The position numbers were made by a program, and so were the translations under genes. 64,000 nt of DNA. Source: the human T2T-CHM13v2.0 reference genome, Homo sapiens. Each line of letters starts with the position of its first letter. The stretch's first letter is position 1. Of this stretch, positions 29,561-44,311 are shown in pieces. The stretch is from NCBI RefSeq assembly GCF_009914755.1, contig NC_060928.1; one strand, written 5' to 3'. The notes under the pieces were generated by a model. It was not told where the DNA came from, did no database searches, and saw only the letters and a program-made list of their open reading frames with translations.

Positions 29561-31204
29561 TGTTTTCAGTTGCTGTCAACCAACAGATGAACTTTCAGAA
29601 CTCAACCATTCAACTTAGCAGCTGCCTGTTCACCGGACAACTTTTTCCCATAGCTAGTCACGATGCTTTTTCATTCTCTTCTAAAGGTTAAAGTAAAGCA
29701 CTACCAGTCCTCATGAATTTCTCATGAGTTATGATTAAGTGCGACCAAATTCCAAGCACTATTTGACTGAGAAATGTCTTCAATCTAAATACACGGGTAT
29801 CAAAACCGCCAACAATAAGAACCCAAGGCTATTTCCATATAAATTTGGTCTTTGCTTAAAAATAAAATTCCATGAAAGTTCCCTAAGATAATCACCCACA
29901 CAGAGTGTTTTCCATGATTAACAATGGCATTTGTGCTATAGTCGCTGCCAGGAAGGGAAGCATGAGTCTGGCTTCGGCCAGGACAGCAAGAGAGATCTCC
30001 TCTAAAAACAGAATACAGTATAACTCATTCTTCCAGATCTTCCAGGGAAAACTGAATGACGAGTGTGTGAATGTCTTTTTAAAACAATCTGTTAAATGCT
30101 TTTAGATCCTGTGCCCTGATTACTGGCTGACCTATATATTTTTGGCAATGCTAGTGCCCTAGAGGGCCTGACAATTTGATAGGCAGTTAAGTCCTCAGTT
30201 AAGATGAATTTTGAAAAAGCTGAGATTAAACAGACTAATTTCCCGCAAAAGTATTTTCTTCTGATCTTTGAAATGTTAAAGGGGCCACATCAGTGTATTA
30301 TTTTGAGCAAGGAAAGTTTTGCCTTACAAAGACTGCCAGTATAAACAACTAATCCCTGGCCAGTTGCACAAGCCAGACAAAGCACAGTTTCCAGGCAGAA
30401 GCAGCGGCTCTCTACCTAATGGGGCTGGGTGAGAGGGCACACTCACATAGCACATTAGATTTCCTGTGTAAATTATCATTTGTTTCTACCGTATATGGCT
30501 ATTACAAAGCATGTTGTGAAGATCCAATAAGACAATGTACAGAAAATGTCTAGTGTAGCATCTGACATTATCATTACCATTACAATAGAAACACATTCTA
30601 CCCACTGTTTGGATCAGGTGGAAAAATGCAAAAGAAAAAAATTCTTTTTTTTTTCTTTTTTTGCAGCCTCATTTTTGGACCAGAGTATCTCTAAGTATCT
30701 CAAAAGTATTGTAATGTCATATTATATTTTTGAAATGTTTTATTTTCTTATAATCAAATATTTAAACCAATATTTTGTTAGCAACAAGCTAATGAATAGA
30801 AAATGGAAGGTAACTTCTTAAATATTCATGATTTCTAAAAGACAGCTTGCCCACTGGGATTCTTTGGCAGATATGCAATTACCATTGTAGAGAACTAAAA
30901 GGAGCTTTAGGTATCATTTTTAAAACAAGGAAACTAAAACCCAAAGAGACTAAGGGAATGCCAGACCTAGTACAAAAAAAAAGGATCTACTTTGGACGCC
31001 TGTAAAAATGTCTTTGCACTAATCTTAGCTATTAATACATCCAAATGAGGCTCAGTCACCCTCGAGTCACCCTCAGATGGCATGATCATACAAATAAGGG
31101 GAAATTAACATTTGCAAGGTAAATACTGGCCAACCGTTTCTACATAAATTACTGTCTTTAGTTCTCTCACAAAAACTTTGCAACATAGATATTATCAGTG
31201 TTAC

Positions 31205-31375
31205 TTTTTTGTTTTTTTTTTGGAGACAGGGTTTTGCTCTGTCACTCAGGCTGGAGGACAGTGGCCTGATCATAGCTTCATATCTCACTGCAGCCTCAAA
31301 CTCCTGGCCTCGAGCCATCCTCCCACCTCAGCCTCCCAAGTAGCTGGGATTACAGGAGTCAGCCACAGAGCCCAG
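31205..31375 (-). mobile_element. Free Alu monomer (FRAM/FAM-like)
   Basis: Single monomer with cactgcagcctcaaactcctgg and poly-T. Confidence 0.75.
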
Positions 31376-31385
31376 ATAACAGTAC

Positions 31386-31681
31386 TTTTTTTTTTCTTTT
31401 TTTTAGACGGAGTCTCTCTGTCACCCAGGCTGGAGGGCAGTGGCGTGATCTCAGCTCACTGCAACCTCGGTTTCCCAGGTACAAGGAATTCTCTGCCTCA
31501 GCCTCCTGAGAACCTGAGATTACAGGCGCCCACCACCACGTCCGGCTAATTTTTTTTTTTTTTAATAGAACCAGGGTTTCACCATCTTGGCCAGGCTAGT
31601 CTTGAACTCCTGACCTCTTGATCCACCCACCTCGGCCCCCCAAAGTGCTGGGATTACAGGTGTGAGCCACCGCACCCAGTC
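31386..31681 (-). mobile_element. AluS
   Basis: Full dimer with an expanded central A tract. Confidence 0.92.
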
Positions 31682-31943
31682 AACACCAATTTTAAGGTAA
31701 GGACAGTGAGGCCAATAAAGACCACAAGATCAGTAGTAGGCAAAGCTGGGACTCAGATCCAGGTCTAACCCACTACAAAGCCTCAGCCATTTTCAATATA
31801 CTTCAGCATCTGCTAGAAGGTTAAGTGAGTCCTGCAACACCCCCATTATTGAAAAAAAGTCACTTTTTCTAATTTTCTGGCTGTTAAGTAGTTAAGCAGA
31901 AACTTTATAGCCAAAGGATGAAAACTGTTCCAAGATCACATAC

Positions 31944-32175
31944 CTGTGGTGGAGTCAATGGTAAAAAGGGACGACACGTTTCCTGGAATAAGCTCATAAG
32001 CCACTGTCCCATATATCCCAGAGTCCTGGTCAGTGGCAAGAACATTGATGATCTCGGTGCCTGGCTGGGTCTCATCACTGATGCTCGTCACATAGGTTGA
32101 TGGGTTAAACACAGGATGATTATCATTCACGTCCTCCAGGTCCACACGAACAAAGGCTTGGGCACTTAGCCCACC
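31944..32175 (-). CDS. DCHS2: DCHS2 internal coding exon (232 bp, phase 0/1), GGLSAQAFVRVDLEDVNDNHPVF...LFTIDSTT
   Basis: Acceptor ccaccag|GGT, donor ACAG|gtatgt; canonical Ca2+-binding linker DVNDNHPVF and ATDQDSG; joins in frame to the 42987 exon (KDG|GGLS). Confidence 0.93.
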
Positions 32176-32289
32176 CTGGTGGATGAATGAGTGGTGATTA
32201 CAAATGGGTTTTTGCTGAACACTAGGATGTAGAATAATTGACAATGGCCCTACAATAGTCTTGAAACAACAGAATTTGAATATGTGGGG

Positions 32290-32402
32290 GTTTGTATATG
32301 TATATGTGTGTATACACATATACACACACCCCCATACATACACATTTTGTCATTTCAAAAGAGTGTGTATATATACACACACACACAGACACACACACAC
32401 AC
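32290..32402 (+). repeat. (TA/TG)n and (CA)n dinucleotide tracts upstream of the 32175 acceptor
   Basis: gtatatgtatatgtgtgtatacacatatacacacac..atatacacacacacacagacacacacacacac. Confidence 0.85.
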
Positions 32403-34251
32403 AAACACGTCTTTATATTCATTTTATTTTCAACTTTGATGTATGAATTCATAGGTAACAGCATGGTATGTACACTTCACTGCTGATTCTTAAGCATGGA
32501 ATGAGATTTCCACTTAGAGCAGCTGTGAGGCAAAAATTTCAGAGTAGAGGCCAAATACATTCAAGGAAATTTGTCCTGATGTCCAAAAAGAAATCAAAAT
32601 CACTTTTATCCCTAAGATAATTTTTAAGTGAATGCTGGTAAGTGCTAAGAAGAAGGTGTGAGGGAGCATGGGCAGGGGGGTGCCCTGGTGAAGCCTTCAC
32701 TAGGAAGGTACCATTGGTGTGCAGACCAACCCACATGAGGCAGCTAGACTTCAGTTACCAGAAAGGAAAGAATAACAGGCAGAGGAAAGAGCAGAGCCAA
32801 AGGCCCTAAGGCAGGAACGTGGTGTACCTCTCAGGCCTGCTCAGCCGCAGCAAGGAAGCAGGAAGGGCTGAGCTCAGAGAGGCAGGAGTGAGTCCTAGGG
32901 ACCTCTGCAGGTCTCTGGAAGGACATGGTTCTTCCTCACAGGAGGGCTTTGAGCACAAGAGTGGCCTGATTTCACTGAGATGTTAACACTGCTCTAGCTG
33001 CAGTGTTCAGAACAGACCGAAGAGCAGCAGGGTGGAAGGAGGGAGAACGGGCAGGAGGAGGCTCTTTGAATCAAGTCCAGAGTGGATGGGGCCTGAAGGA
33101 GGACAGGAGCAGTGCAGGTACTCATCCCAGATCCTGGGGGCCAGATTTGTTTGGGAATTCTGAATTTTTCAAGTTTTAGAAGGGAATGCAGCACCTAAAG
33201 TAGTGAGAAGTGGATCCCATACTGCTTTTTTTGTGTTGCCTCCATCTAAAATCAAGGAGAAAGAGAGCAAATGAAATAGAAGAAAATAATCCTCTGCAAT
33301 TTTTACTTTTCTAAAGTAAAACACATGTTCCCACTTTAAAGCACCATTTTCTGTTTCTATCTGGTACATTTTGACACTTTCATCTTTGACAAAAATCCTT
33401 GGTAAGTCACAACAGCCTGGGTTTTCTCACTCATGTATCCTCCCCCTCTTCATCTTTTTTGTTTCCTTTTTCTACTCTGGCAGGGAGGCACAGAGCAAGG
33501 AGGAAAAATGACAAGGAGGAAGAAGATTTGGCAAGGGACAGAGGGAGAACTGCTGCCATGCAGAGAGGAAGCACTTGTTGACAGGGAGAGAGGGAGGGCA
33601 AGAATGAAGATTGTATGGGAGGAAGGTAAGACAAACCCAGAAACGGCTGTCCTGCTCTGAGCTCTGAGCTCTGAGGTCCCTTGTACTCCAGGCTTTGAGG
33701 ACTAAAAAATGATGGGGAAATAATTTAGAAATAGTCTGATTTTCCATGTTCTGAGTTGAATAAAGTGCCAGAGCCATGCCGGGTATCAATTAGAATAGGA
33801 GAAATGGGGCTGGTTATGATTCCACAAAGAACAATGCAAGTTCATCTATCTGGCCTTTATGCTTAAAATGCAGGGTCGCCCTACATCTGCAGCCACCCTA
33901 AGTAACCTGTATGTCTCCAGGTTCGACGTAGTAAGAGGGGACTGCACACTGGTGATAAGCTTATAGAAAATATTCCTTCACCTCTGCCACAGACCCTGCT
34001 GCTGCTCGAAACTGCCTTTCTTCTCAGTTTTGCTTTCCCTTTTCCTTTCCCCTTCCTCTTTCTTTTTTATTTCTCCTCAAATTCAAGAGGTCACTTAGGG
34101 TTGAGGTAAGAGAAGTAATGAAAAAGTGGGGAAAATATGAAGAAATGAATATTGCCCCAGCTTAAGATATTTAAGAACAAAGATCCTAAATCAGGCAGTG
34201 CTGTAAAAAATAAGCAAATGTTAGATGCACAAAGTGGAAAACGTATAATAC

Positions 34252-34554
<303 letters not shown>

Positions 34555-35899
34555 TAGGGTAAGCACACTAGTGGGGCTAGAGAGGGCTGGGCATTTAGTG
34601 ACAGAGGCTGGGCAGAATCCAGAGGACAGGCTTGGCAGTCAGATTCCTCTCACCTGATTTAAGTGCTAAAGAGGACAGATTTATTCTACTCCATCAGTAT
34701 AAAATGTGGTGTGTACATTCTTAATATATATTTTTTATCTGTTAATAAACTGTATATACATTTACTGTGCTAATGTATTACTTATATTACAAATATCAGA
34801 AAACTAAAATGTAAAAGGACAGAATTCTAATGTTGTCTTCTTAAACACCCACATGGGACAACTATTGCTATCCTCAATGAAATGACAAGATCAAATCTAG
34901 ATTTTAGAAAGAGGTATCTGGGATAGGGAAGAAGAGATGCATCTTTACAAAAAAGGTAGAGAACTTCCTCAGACAAAAAGGGGGGAAAATGCTGAATTCA
35001 CCAAGTTAAGTGGATGCATTCTATGCCTCAGAACTTCTCACAGAGCCTTTTGCACATACATTTCTAGAGGGAGTGAGTTCTGAGGTGTTCCCCACTCTTT
35101 TTAGGCCCCAGAATGCTCTTTGAAAGAAACATATTGGGAAACCAGTTTCCCACAGAACACAGTGCGGGAATAGCTGATCTAAACTAATTTTCTCCATCCA
35201 CTTAGAGTGTGCACTTCCCAATGCTGTGTAGCTAAACTTTTGTCCAGCTCATGGAAACTGTTTCGATAATGCAACCTCATGAGAGACTGAGTCAGAGCCA
35301 CCCAGCAAAGCCACTTGCAGGTTCCTGGCCCTTAAAAACTATATAAGATAATGAATGTTTGCTATTTTAAGCTGCTAGATTCAGGAATAATTTGTTATAC
35401 AGCAATAGGTAGCTAATACATCCCATAAATTCCATGCATGAGTATGTCTTAATTTTGTCTTATCATTTCTTTTTCCACTGATGATTCATGTGGCATTTTT
35501 ATTTCATTTTCAGCATTTAATTGTGAGGATTATGGTAGGAAACCCAATTTCTTCAAGTTATACTATAAAAGATGAAAGTTGTTTGGGAAAGCTCCAAGCT
35601 TGAAAACATATAATATTGGAGGCAGGAGGGTCGCCTAGGGCAATCAGCAGGTAGGGAACATTTTCTACCGTTACTTCTACTTTGGTAATTGTCTGCTTTC
35701 CATTCTCTTTGTTCTTGCCTTCTGGGACTCCTGAATAGTAGAATATTAATAACATCTCTCCTTCACATCTCTCAGGTCTTGTGAGCTGTGGTTTCATTCC
35801 AGTGAGCTTTCTATGTCAATGAACTCCAGTCTATATTTCATGATTCAATAAACAAAGGTGGAAGGAAATGAGGTTCCAGCTTCTTAAAGGGGAAAAAAA

Positions 35900-36930
35900 A
35901 GAAACATAAGTTGTGACATCACCAAATCCAAGAGAAGCAGCATCTAAAGAATATTTTCAAATTCATTGAGAGGATGAATCAGATAAAAATAAATAAAGAA
36001 TCCCAGGTTATGGCACGACAGTAACCATGTAGAGAAAAGCAGTCTTATAGAAGAGGTAGAGAGGGAAAAATAGATCAAATAAAGATTGAAAAGTGAGGAA
36101 ATGGAGACCACTATTTTAGGAGACTTGCTGTGAAGAAAGAAGAAGAATAAAATGGTTTTCTGAAAAGGTACATGACATCAAAAGGAATCCAGAGTATTTT
36201 TTAAGATAGAGACTATTATTATGCCCTGTATGCTTATGAGGGTCATCCAAAAGAGCTTGATAAATTAATGATGCAGGAAAAAAGAGAAAATCATTATAGA
36301 AATGTTATCTGTAAGAAGGCTGGAATGGATGGGACCCTAAACAGTAGAGAGATTTGCTTTTGATGCAAGCAGGGACATCTCTAAAAAGATAATAGAAAAG
36401 AAAGCAAAGAATGTGAGCTGATACGCAGGTAGGTTAGTGGATTTGGTGGCAGGAAGGTAAGACCTTTCTCTCTCAAGCAGACCTGTTATTTTTCTCCAAG
36501 TACTTCAGCTGCTGAGATGGCAGTGCAGAAAATGCAGCGTCAGATTTACGTAGGGCTGGGGTTTTACCAGGAGAGTTCTATTGAATGGGAAAACTAAAGG
36601 GAGTTTGCAACTGAGTGACTTTAGTGATGGGTAACAAATCAATGATCTTAACATGGGAGAAGAATTATTGATTAAAGTGGACGTGCTACAGTAAATTAGA
36701 CAGAAAGATAAAAATGTTTATCAGGAACAGCATGCTTGAAGCCAAGATATCAAAGCTGTGCAATTACTGGTGACAATCCTTGGAAATGAGAAAGTCAAGG
36801 AACTGAGAGGCTCAGGGTGCTGGGTTGTTCAGCAAATGATAGTAAAGTCTCCCAGAATGATGAGGAAACTGGTGAAGAGGAAGACTGTGAACAAAGTGTG
36901 AAAGTCCTAAGTGATAAGGAGGTTTAAGTC
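35900..36930 (-). mobile_element. Degraded L2 LINE
   Basis: Purine-rich antisense L2 signature (gtgacatcaccaaatccaagagaag, aaagtgaggaaatggagac, gtcaaggaactgagagg); boundaries approximate. Confidence 0.5.
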
Positions 36931-37288
36931 ATGACAGGAAAAAAAAAAAAGAGGAGAAGTATCTATGGTATAGTCAGACAACAAGAACTTCAAAAGGGAT
37001 TCGTTTTTGATGGAGAAAGGAGTAGAAATTATTTGGATGCTGCCCTGGGCAACAAGCAGGGCACCCAACTCACTTCCTGTCAGCTTGTGATTGGTGGACT
37101 ATGGGCTTCCTTGTGAGAGTGCAGAAAGGAACGGGTATCCTTGTGGGGTAGGTTGTTTTAATCAGGGCCGAAAGTTAAAGAAACAATCAGAGACCAGCTT
37201 AAGTTCATAAAGGAGTTTGCTAAATAATGGACCACGAGTTCCAAAGGGCATGGTAGAAGCATTTCGAAGGGCAGAGAAGGCAGGTAGG

Positions 37289-37716
37289 TGTATTAGTCCA
37301 TTCTCACATTGCTATAAAAAAAGAAACCTGAGACTGATTAATTTATAAGAAAAGAGGTTTAATTGGCTCATGGCTCTGCAGGTGAACAGGAAGCATAGCA
37401 GCTTCAGCTTCTGGGAAGGCCTCAGGAAGCTTCCAATCATGGCAGAAGGCAAAGGGGGAGCAAGACATCTTAAGTGGTAGGAGCAGGAGCAAGAGAGAAG
37501 GCGGAGGCAGAGGGGTGTTGCTACACACTTTTAAATAACCAGATCTCATGAGAACTCACTCACTATCAGGAGAACAGTACCGAGGGGGGATGGTGCTAAA
37601 CTATTCATGAGAAATCCACCCTCATGATCCAAACACCTGCCACAAGGCCCTACCTCCAACACTGGGGATTACAATTCGACATGAGATTTGATGGGACACA
37701 GATCCAAACCACATCA
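37289..37716 (-). mobile_element. MSTA-like MaLR solo LTR
   Basis: tgtattagtccattctcacattgctataaa..aagaggtttaattggctca..ccaatcatggcagaaggcaaag..gatccaaaccacatca; 5-bp TSD gtagg/gtaag. Confidence 0.88.
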
Positions 37717-39395
37717 GTAAGAGATTGATTTAAATTAAGGGATGAACTGGGCAGGGTGGGGAGGAGAATATGGATAATAATAAATGGCTTGGATGCTTAA
37801 ACTTTTAGAGATTAGAAGGAGGTAAAGGAGTATTGAAGATAATTTGGGATACATCCTGGTCATATATTAAAGAATGATGGGAAATCTAAGATATGGTCCA
37901 GGCAATTTAGTTAGAAAACACGGGACAATGGGGGGATGGGGCAACTGCTCATTCCTAGAACAGGTGGAGGGTGCTAATGAAGGAAACGAAAGACAGGAAT
38001 AAGCATTTGAACATTTGTTAGAAAGTTAAAGAACATAATCTATTAAAATGAAAATGAATGTGCCTTTTTACTCAGCAAGTTTACTTTTTGGGAGTAACTG
38101 CATTGCACACAAACTATGAGCACAACTTCAGTAGCCAACTTTTCTCATGAATGTAAAGAACAGTGAAGAGCTCAGTCCGTTTACTTCCTTTCTTGCTCGT
38201 CTGACAAAATCCTCCCTTAAACCTTCAGTGGTGAGATGGAGTTGAAATAGCTTTATCTCAAACACATATGTCAGCTACAGAATCCAGGATGTAACAAAAA
38301 ATAGAGATAGAGTGTTAATAAGCACATACACCAAAAAAAATCTATTTGGTAAAAATGAATGGGAAAAGGAAACAAAAAATTAGATATAAGCATGGAATAA
38401 TTAAATTGTAGAGCTTTCTTGTGAAAAACCACTTGATTGCCAATGTAATTCAATTGTTTGGTTACATTATGTAATTTTATAGCATTCTCATGACTTATGA
38501 GATAAATAGCAGCAGCAGTAGCAGCAGCAGCAAAAATAGAGTATTTCAGAAGTAATATCAGTAGAGTAGAAGTGACTCAGTTGAAAAAATATTGACAGTC
38601 TTCACAAGGATAAATAGAGCAGTAGCAACGAACATCAATGTATTTTACAAGAAAAATTCTTCTACTGGCAGATAAAAATCTCTTAGTAACCACCAGCAAA
38701 TGGGTTCTCAGCAATTTTCTTCTAAAGGGCTTTCAGGACATTTATTACAAAGAGAAGGAATCAGAGGAAAAACCAGAGATTGTCAAGGTAACAACATAAA
38801 GTTAAAGGACTTCTGTCAAGGTTCAGTTTATTGGTTTAAATAAACTCATTATGGCCTAGAATCCAACAACGTAAACCTAAAATGTCCTGTCTGCATTAAT
38901 TTATTCTTTGAATGCAGTCTACGTTGCTTTCAGGGGAAGACTACTGAGTCATTACCAACTTTGTCATCTTTCTCTTTACCAACCTTTTTGACTATGCATT
39001 TCTGAGGGACATGTACTGCTAAATAATATTGCAAAGAATAATTATGATAGATGCAGAAGTCACCCTGTAAAAACTCAGTTCATCACAGAAGAAATTCATG
39101 AGGATTATGCAGTCAACAGAATAAATGCTGCACACTGGATAACCTTGTATTTGTATATATGTTTACATACATATATACATACTATATGTGTATACATACA
39201 CATACACTCACATGAAAACACATAGGTTGCTTGCTCTCCATATATTCTGAGGCAAACATAAGGAATGCTGGAGGCAGTTTTAGGTCCAGAGTGAAGGTTG
39301 GGGATTTGTTAAAAGCCTGTGATGTGGAGGCTCTTCTAGAATTTGTCTTTTAAAATGCATCCCTGGGCTTGTGCCAGGTCCCGTTTTCACATAAA

Positions 39396-40220
<825 letters not shown>

Positions 40221-40669
40221 TAATATAAATTCTGTTTACTCCTATTTTTTGTTTCCTACATATTTTCTTACATAGAGTCAGGGATTCCTGAAACTACATA
40301 GTAAGGTATTGGCAAAAATCTAACCAAACAGATCATGAATATTTATTGAATATAAAGGGCTGTACTTCATGTTCATTTTTACATGTTTACTTGTAATATA
40401 TTTAGACTCATTTTTTCCCCAAAATTCACAGCTTAAATAGGTGGATTCTCTCACTAATTTCAAAAGAGAATGATTAGACCAGAGAGGTGTTAGTAGGGTC
40501 TGTCTATACAAAAGAGTAGTAAGCAGATGAAAAAGAAACAAGGAAGGTCTTCAAAATGTATAAGTGAAAAATATAAGTAAAGTCTCCAAAATGAAATAAG
40601 TGAAAAAAAATCAAAGCGCAGAACGGTGTGTATAGTAGGCCACCTTTTCTGTAAACAATGTAAATTGAA

Positions 40670-42000
40670 CACGTTGTTTCTAAACTGTATTTGGAAATGT
40701 AAATGGTCAAGAATAGTCAAGGTAATCTTAAGTTAGAACAAAGCTAAAAGAATGTATGATACCATGACCTATGATAAAGCTAAAATAGTTAAGAGAGATG
40801 TTGCTAGCACTAAGGTGGATAAATAGGTAAAAGTGAGAATAACCATTTCAGTAAGTGGTGCTGAGTTAATCATAGGGGAAAAAATAACAAAACTTCTTCC
40901 CACTAGATTGAAAAAAAGTAAGTATGAAAGGTAAAACAAAACAAAAGTTTTGGAAGAAAACAATAAGAGAACATCTTCATATCCCTAAGATAAGCAAATA
41001 TTTCTTAAAAGAACACAAAAATCACTAGCTATAAAAGGAAGCAAACTGAGAAACTACTAAGCTCTATTATAATGAAGAACTTCTGTTCCTCAAAAGAAAC
41101 CATTAAGAATAGAAAAGGCCAGCCACGGAATGGGAGAAAAATATATGCAGTAAATATATCGAAAAAAGGACTTTCAGGCCAAAAATATAAAGAACTCATG
41201 CACATCAGTAAGAAAAAGATCCAACAATAACAATGGAAAATGAATAAAGGATTTTCTTCTGTGAAGAATAGACACTTCACAAATTATACGAATAGCAATA
41301 AACATGAAAAAAAACCTCATTAGTTATTAAACAAATACAAAGTAAAACCCCAGTGTGATATATCATTACATAAGTACTATTATTTCTATAATAAAAAAGG
41401 CATTAAATATCAAACATTAGGGAGAATGTGTAGCAAATGAAATTTTCATACTTCACTGGTGGGAGCGCAATTCTACTCCTTTGTATATACTCAAGAGAAA
41501 TGCTTACATTTGTTCACCATATTGCAAGTATAAGAATGTTAAAAGAAGCATAGCCTAAAATGGATACCACCAACTATAGAACAGGTTAAAATTATTGTAT
41601 ATTCACATAAAGGCATACTATAAGCCAATGAGAATGAGTGAACTATTGCTATACACAACAGCATAAATGATTCCGGCAAATAATTTTCAGCAAAAGAAAC
41701 TCGACAGAAACACATACTGTATGATTCCATTCACTGAAAGTTAAAAAAATTGGTATACTAATGCTTGGTGTTAGAAGTCAACAGTGGTTTCTAAAAAGGC
41801 AGGGATGGGGGCATGGAGGGGTGGAGGGAGGACAGTTACAACAAGATGCAAAGAGGGGGCTTCTGGGTTCCGGTAACGTTTTCTCATTTGCTTTTATGGG
41901 TCTGTTGATTTTGCAGAAATCCATTGAGCTATACACTTATTATTTGTGCATTTCTCTGTATGCATTTTATATGTCAATTAAAAAGTTTAACAACAAAAAA
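40670..42000 (+). mobile_element. Old L1M (L1ME/MC-like) ORF2/3' fragment
   Basis: A-rich decayed L1 (aagaacttctgttcctcaaaagaaaccattaag, gggagaaaatatatgcagta, tactgtatgattccattca). Confidence 0.7.
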
Positions 42001-42986
42001 AGACAAAGGAATCAAACTGAAGGTGCCTTCACTGATCAAGAATGGGCCAATGAGAACATCAGAAAGGATAGGGTCAGCAATGTATTGAAATACATCAAAT
42101 TTTTTAAAATCCAGGAATTTATACTCAAATTAGGAAAAAAACATTATTGTTTACCTTTGGAGATAATTAAGACAGCAAGTTACTATTAAAAAAAAACTGG
42201 TAAAATAAAAACAAATAATCAAGCCTTATCCTGCAATTCCTGTATGAATTATACTTAAGAGTAATCAAATAGTTGTTGTGAGAACATTTTCCTTAGTTGA
42301 AGAATTCCAGATAATAAATGCAAAAGGAATAATAGAATTCAAAAGCTACCATTTTTCAACCTCTAAGAAAATAATGGTATGTGTCTGCTGATGCAATAAG
42401 AAGCAAACGGCATCACCTAAATGAATCTGAAAACAATCAGCTCTCTGTCTCTAATGCTAGTTTATAGGAAATAGAGGGAATGGAAGAACACAGTAAATGA
42501 ATCCCAAGGATGTAATCAGCCACATTTAGCATGTGGAAAATCTACCGGACAAATGACTTGGTTTTTTAAAAAAGCCATAGGAGAACAGGTAAGAGGCCTG
42601 ACTGTTACAGATGGAAACTTAAAGAATATATCGATCAAATCAATTGTGAACTTATTTGGATCTTCATTCAAAGAAACCAACTATAAAAGACATGTTTCGA
42701 TAATCAAGAAAATTTAACATAGAAAGGATATAAGATATCATTAAAGCATTATTGTTAATGTTTTGTAGTTCTGTGTTTTTAAAGTCATTTTTAGAGATAT
42801 TCTTGAATTATTTATGGGTGAAATAACATGCTGGATATTTGCTTCAAAAAACTTCAGCAAAGGAAAGAGGTAGTGACACATGAAACAGAATGACCCAATT
42901 GTTGATCATCATTGGTCCTCTGTGATGTATACACAGTGGCTCACTTGTGATTATGTTTAAAATAAACTTCATACATAAAAACTTAC

Positions 42987-43178
42987 CCCATCCTTAGCTT
43001 CCACCAGGAGATCATAGGTAGCTGGATCCCTTTCCCTGTCGATATCTTGAGAAACACAGATTTGCCCATCATGAGGGTCGATCCGGAATGCCTGAGGTGC
43101 TTCATAGCTCAGGAATCCATCATAAAGAGAATATTCAATAAAGCCATAGAGTCCTGAATCTGCATCAGAGGCTGTCAC
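42987..43178 (-). CDS. DCHS2: DCHS2 internal coding exon (192 bp, phase 0/0), cadherin repeat VTASDADSG...IDRERDPATYDLLVEAKDG
   Basis: Acceptor cctcctgtctcacag|GTG at 43179/43178, donor GGG|gtaagt at 42987/42986; cadherin motifs AxDxD, DRE and AxDG; 64 codons, no stop. Confidence 0.93.
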
Positions 43179-44149
43179 CTGTGAGACAGGAGGGTGATCA
43201 GGAGGAAACAGAAATGCTAGCATTACTTTTCAGTCAGTCATGAATTATTAAAACAATTTGCACAACCACATAACCCCCATAGCTATTCACAAAGCCTAGG
43301 CTTTGGTTTCATATCTCTCTCCTCGCTTACCTTCTGTGATAATTCCCCCTTCACTTTTCTCCTTTCTTTGTGAGTTCTCCTTTTCAATATCTCTTGCCCA
43401 CTCCTATCTTTTCAGATGATCTCTGAAAGTTTGAGGTCCCTAAGGACCTTATTTCATTCACTTATAGTCTTCTTATTTCATTCACTATACGTAACTAATC
43501 TCATCCAATCTCAAAGATTTAAGAATACCCATAGGATTAAGGACTTGACAGCCAAGCTGTTGATTCCCTCTCATACCTAGGCCTTCAAGTGATAGGCTTG
43601 ATGCCCCCTACCTTTGAGAGCAGCAAGGGGAGGGCCAAGAAATCAAGACAGTAAATGCCACCATTACTAGAAACCCAATCCCAGTGACAGAATTCACACT
43701 GGAATGTGAGAGTTGAGTCTCCCTGGCCAGCTTTCCTTCTGGGAGTAATGTCTCAATCAGGGCCCTGCACAGTGGTGTAGCATTCAGTCTGCAGGTGCCT
43801 GTAGGTACATGGGGAATGAAATCCAGCCCATGCTGTGCTCGCCAAAACAGGCACAAACACTGACATGCCCAGAGGAAAAGGCACCGTCTTATTTTGCCAT
43901 ACGTACCACTTATGTTACCAGCAATCCCGTGCCTGATAGAAAAGATGAAGCAAGTGAAATTATGAAAGCACTTAACTTATTTATACTAACTGTGGGAGTA
44001 TATAGTGAGAAATACAACAGGCTCTATAGAACTCAAAAAATTCTCAAGCTCATAGGCTCATGATAGATAATGCTTTTAATTTACAACCCAACTAACAGTA
44101 AGAGCAAACACCTACATAGCACTTACAATAAAAGCAGCACTTTAAGGGA

Positions 44150-44311
44150 AGACAGAAAGAAAGAGAGGAAAAGAGGAGGAGGGAAGGAAGGAAGGGAGGA
44201 AGGAAGGAAAGAAGGAAGGAGGGAGGGAGGGTGGGAAGGAAGGAAGGAAGGAAAGAAGGAAGGAAGGAAGGAAGGAAGGAAGGAAGGAAGGAAGGAAGGA
44301 AGGTAGGAAGG
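44150..44311 (+). repeat. Polypurine (GGAA)n microsatellite
   Basis: (GGAA)5-AGAA-(GGAA)11 at 44234-44301 within about 160 bp of nearly pure purines. Confidence 0.97.

Noticed and set aside
31936-32343. 135-aa ORF as a standalone gene
   Set aside because: Read-through of the 232-bp exon into an intronic dinucleotide tract.
38508-38531. CAG/CTG triplet repeat
   Set aside because: Only about 8 units and interrupted; too short to suggest instability.
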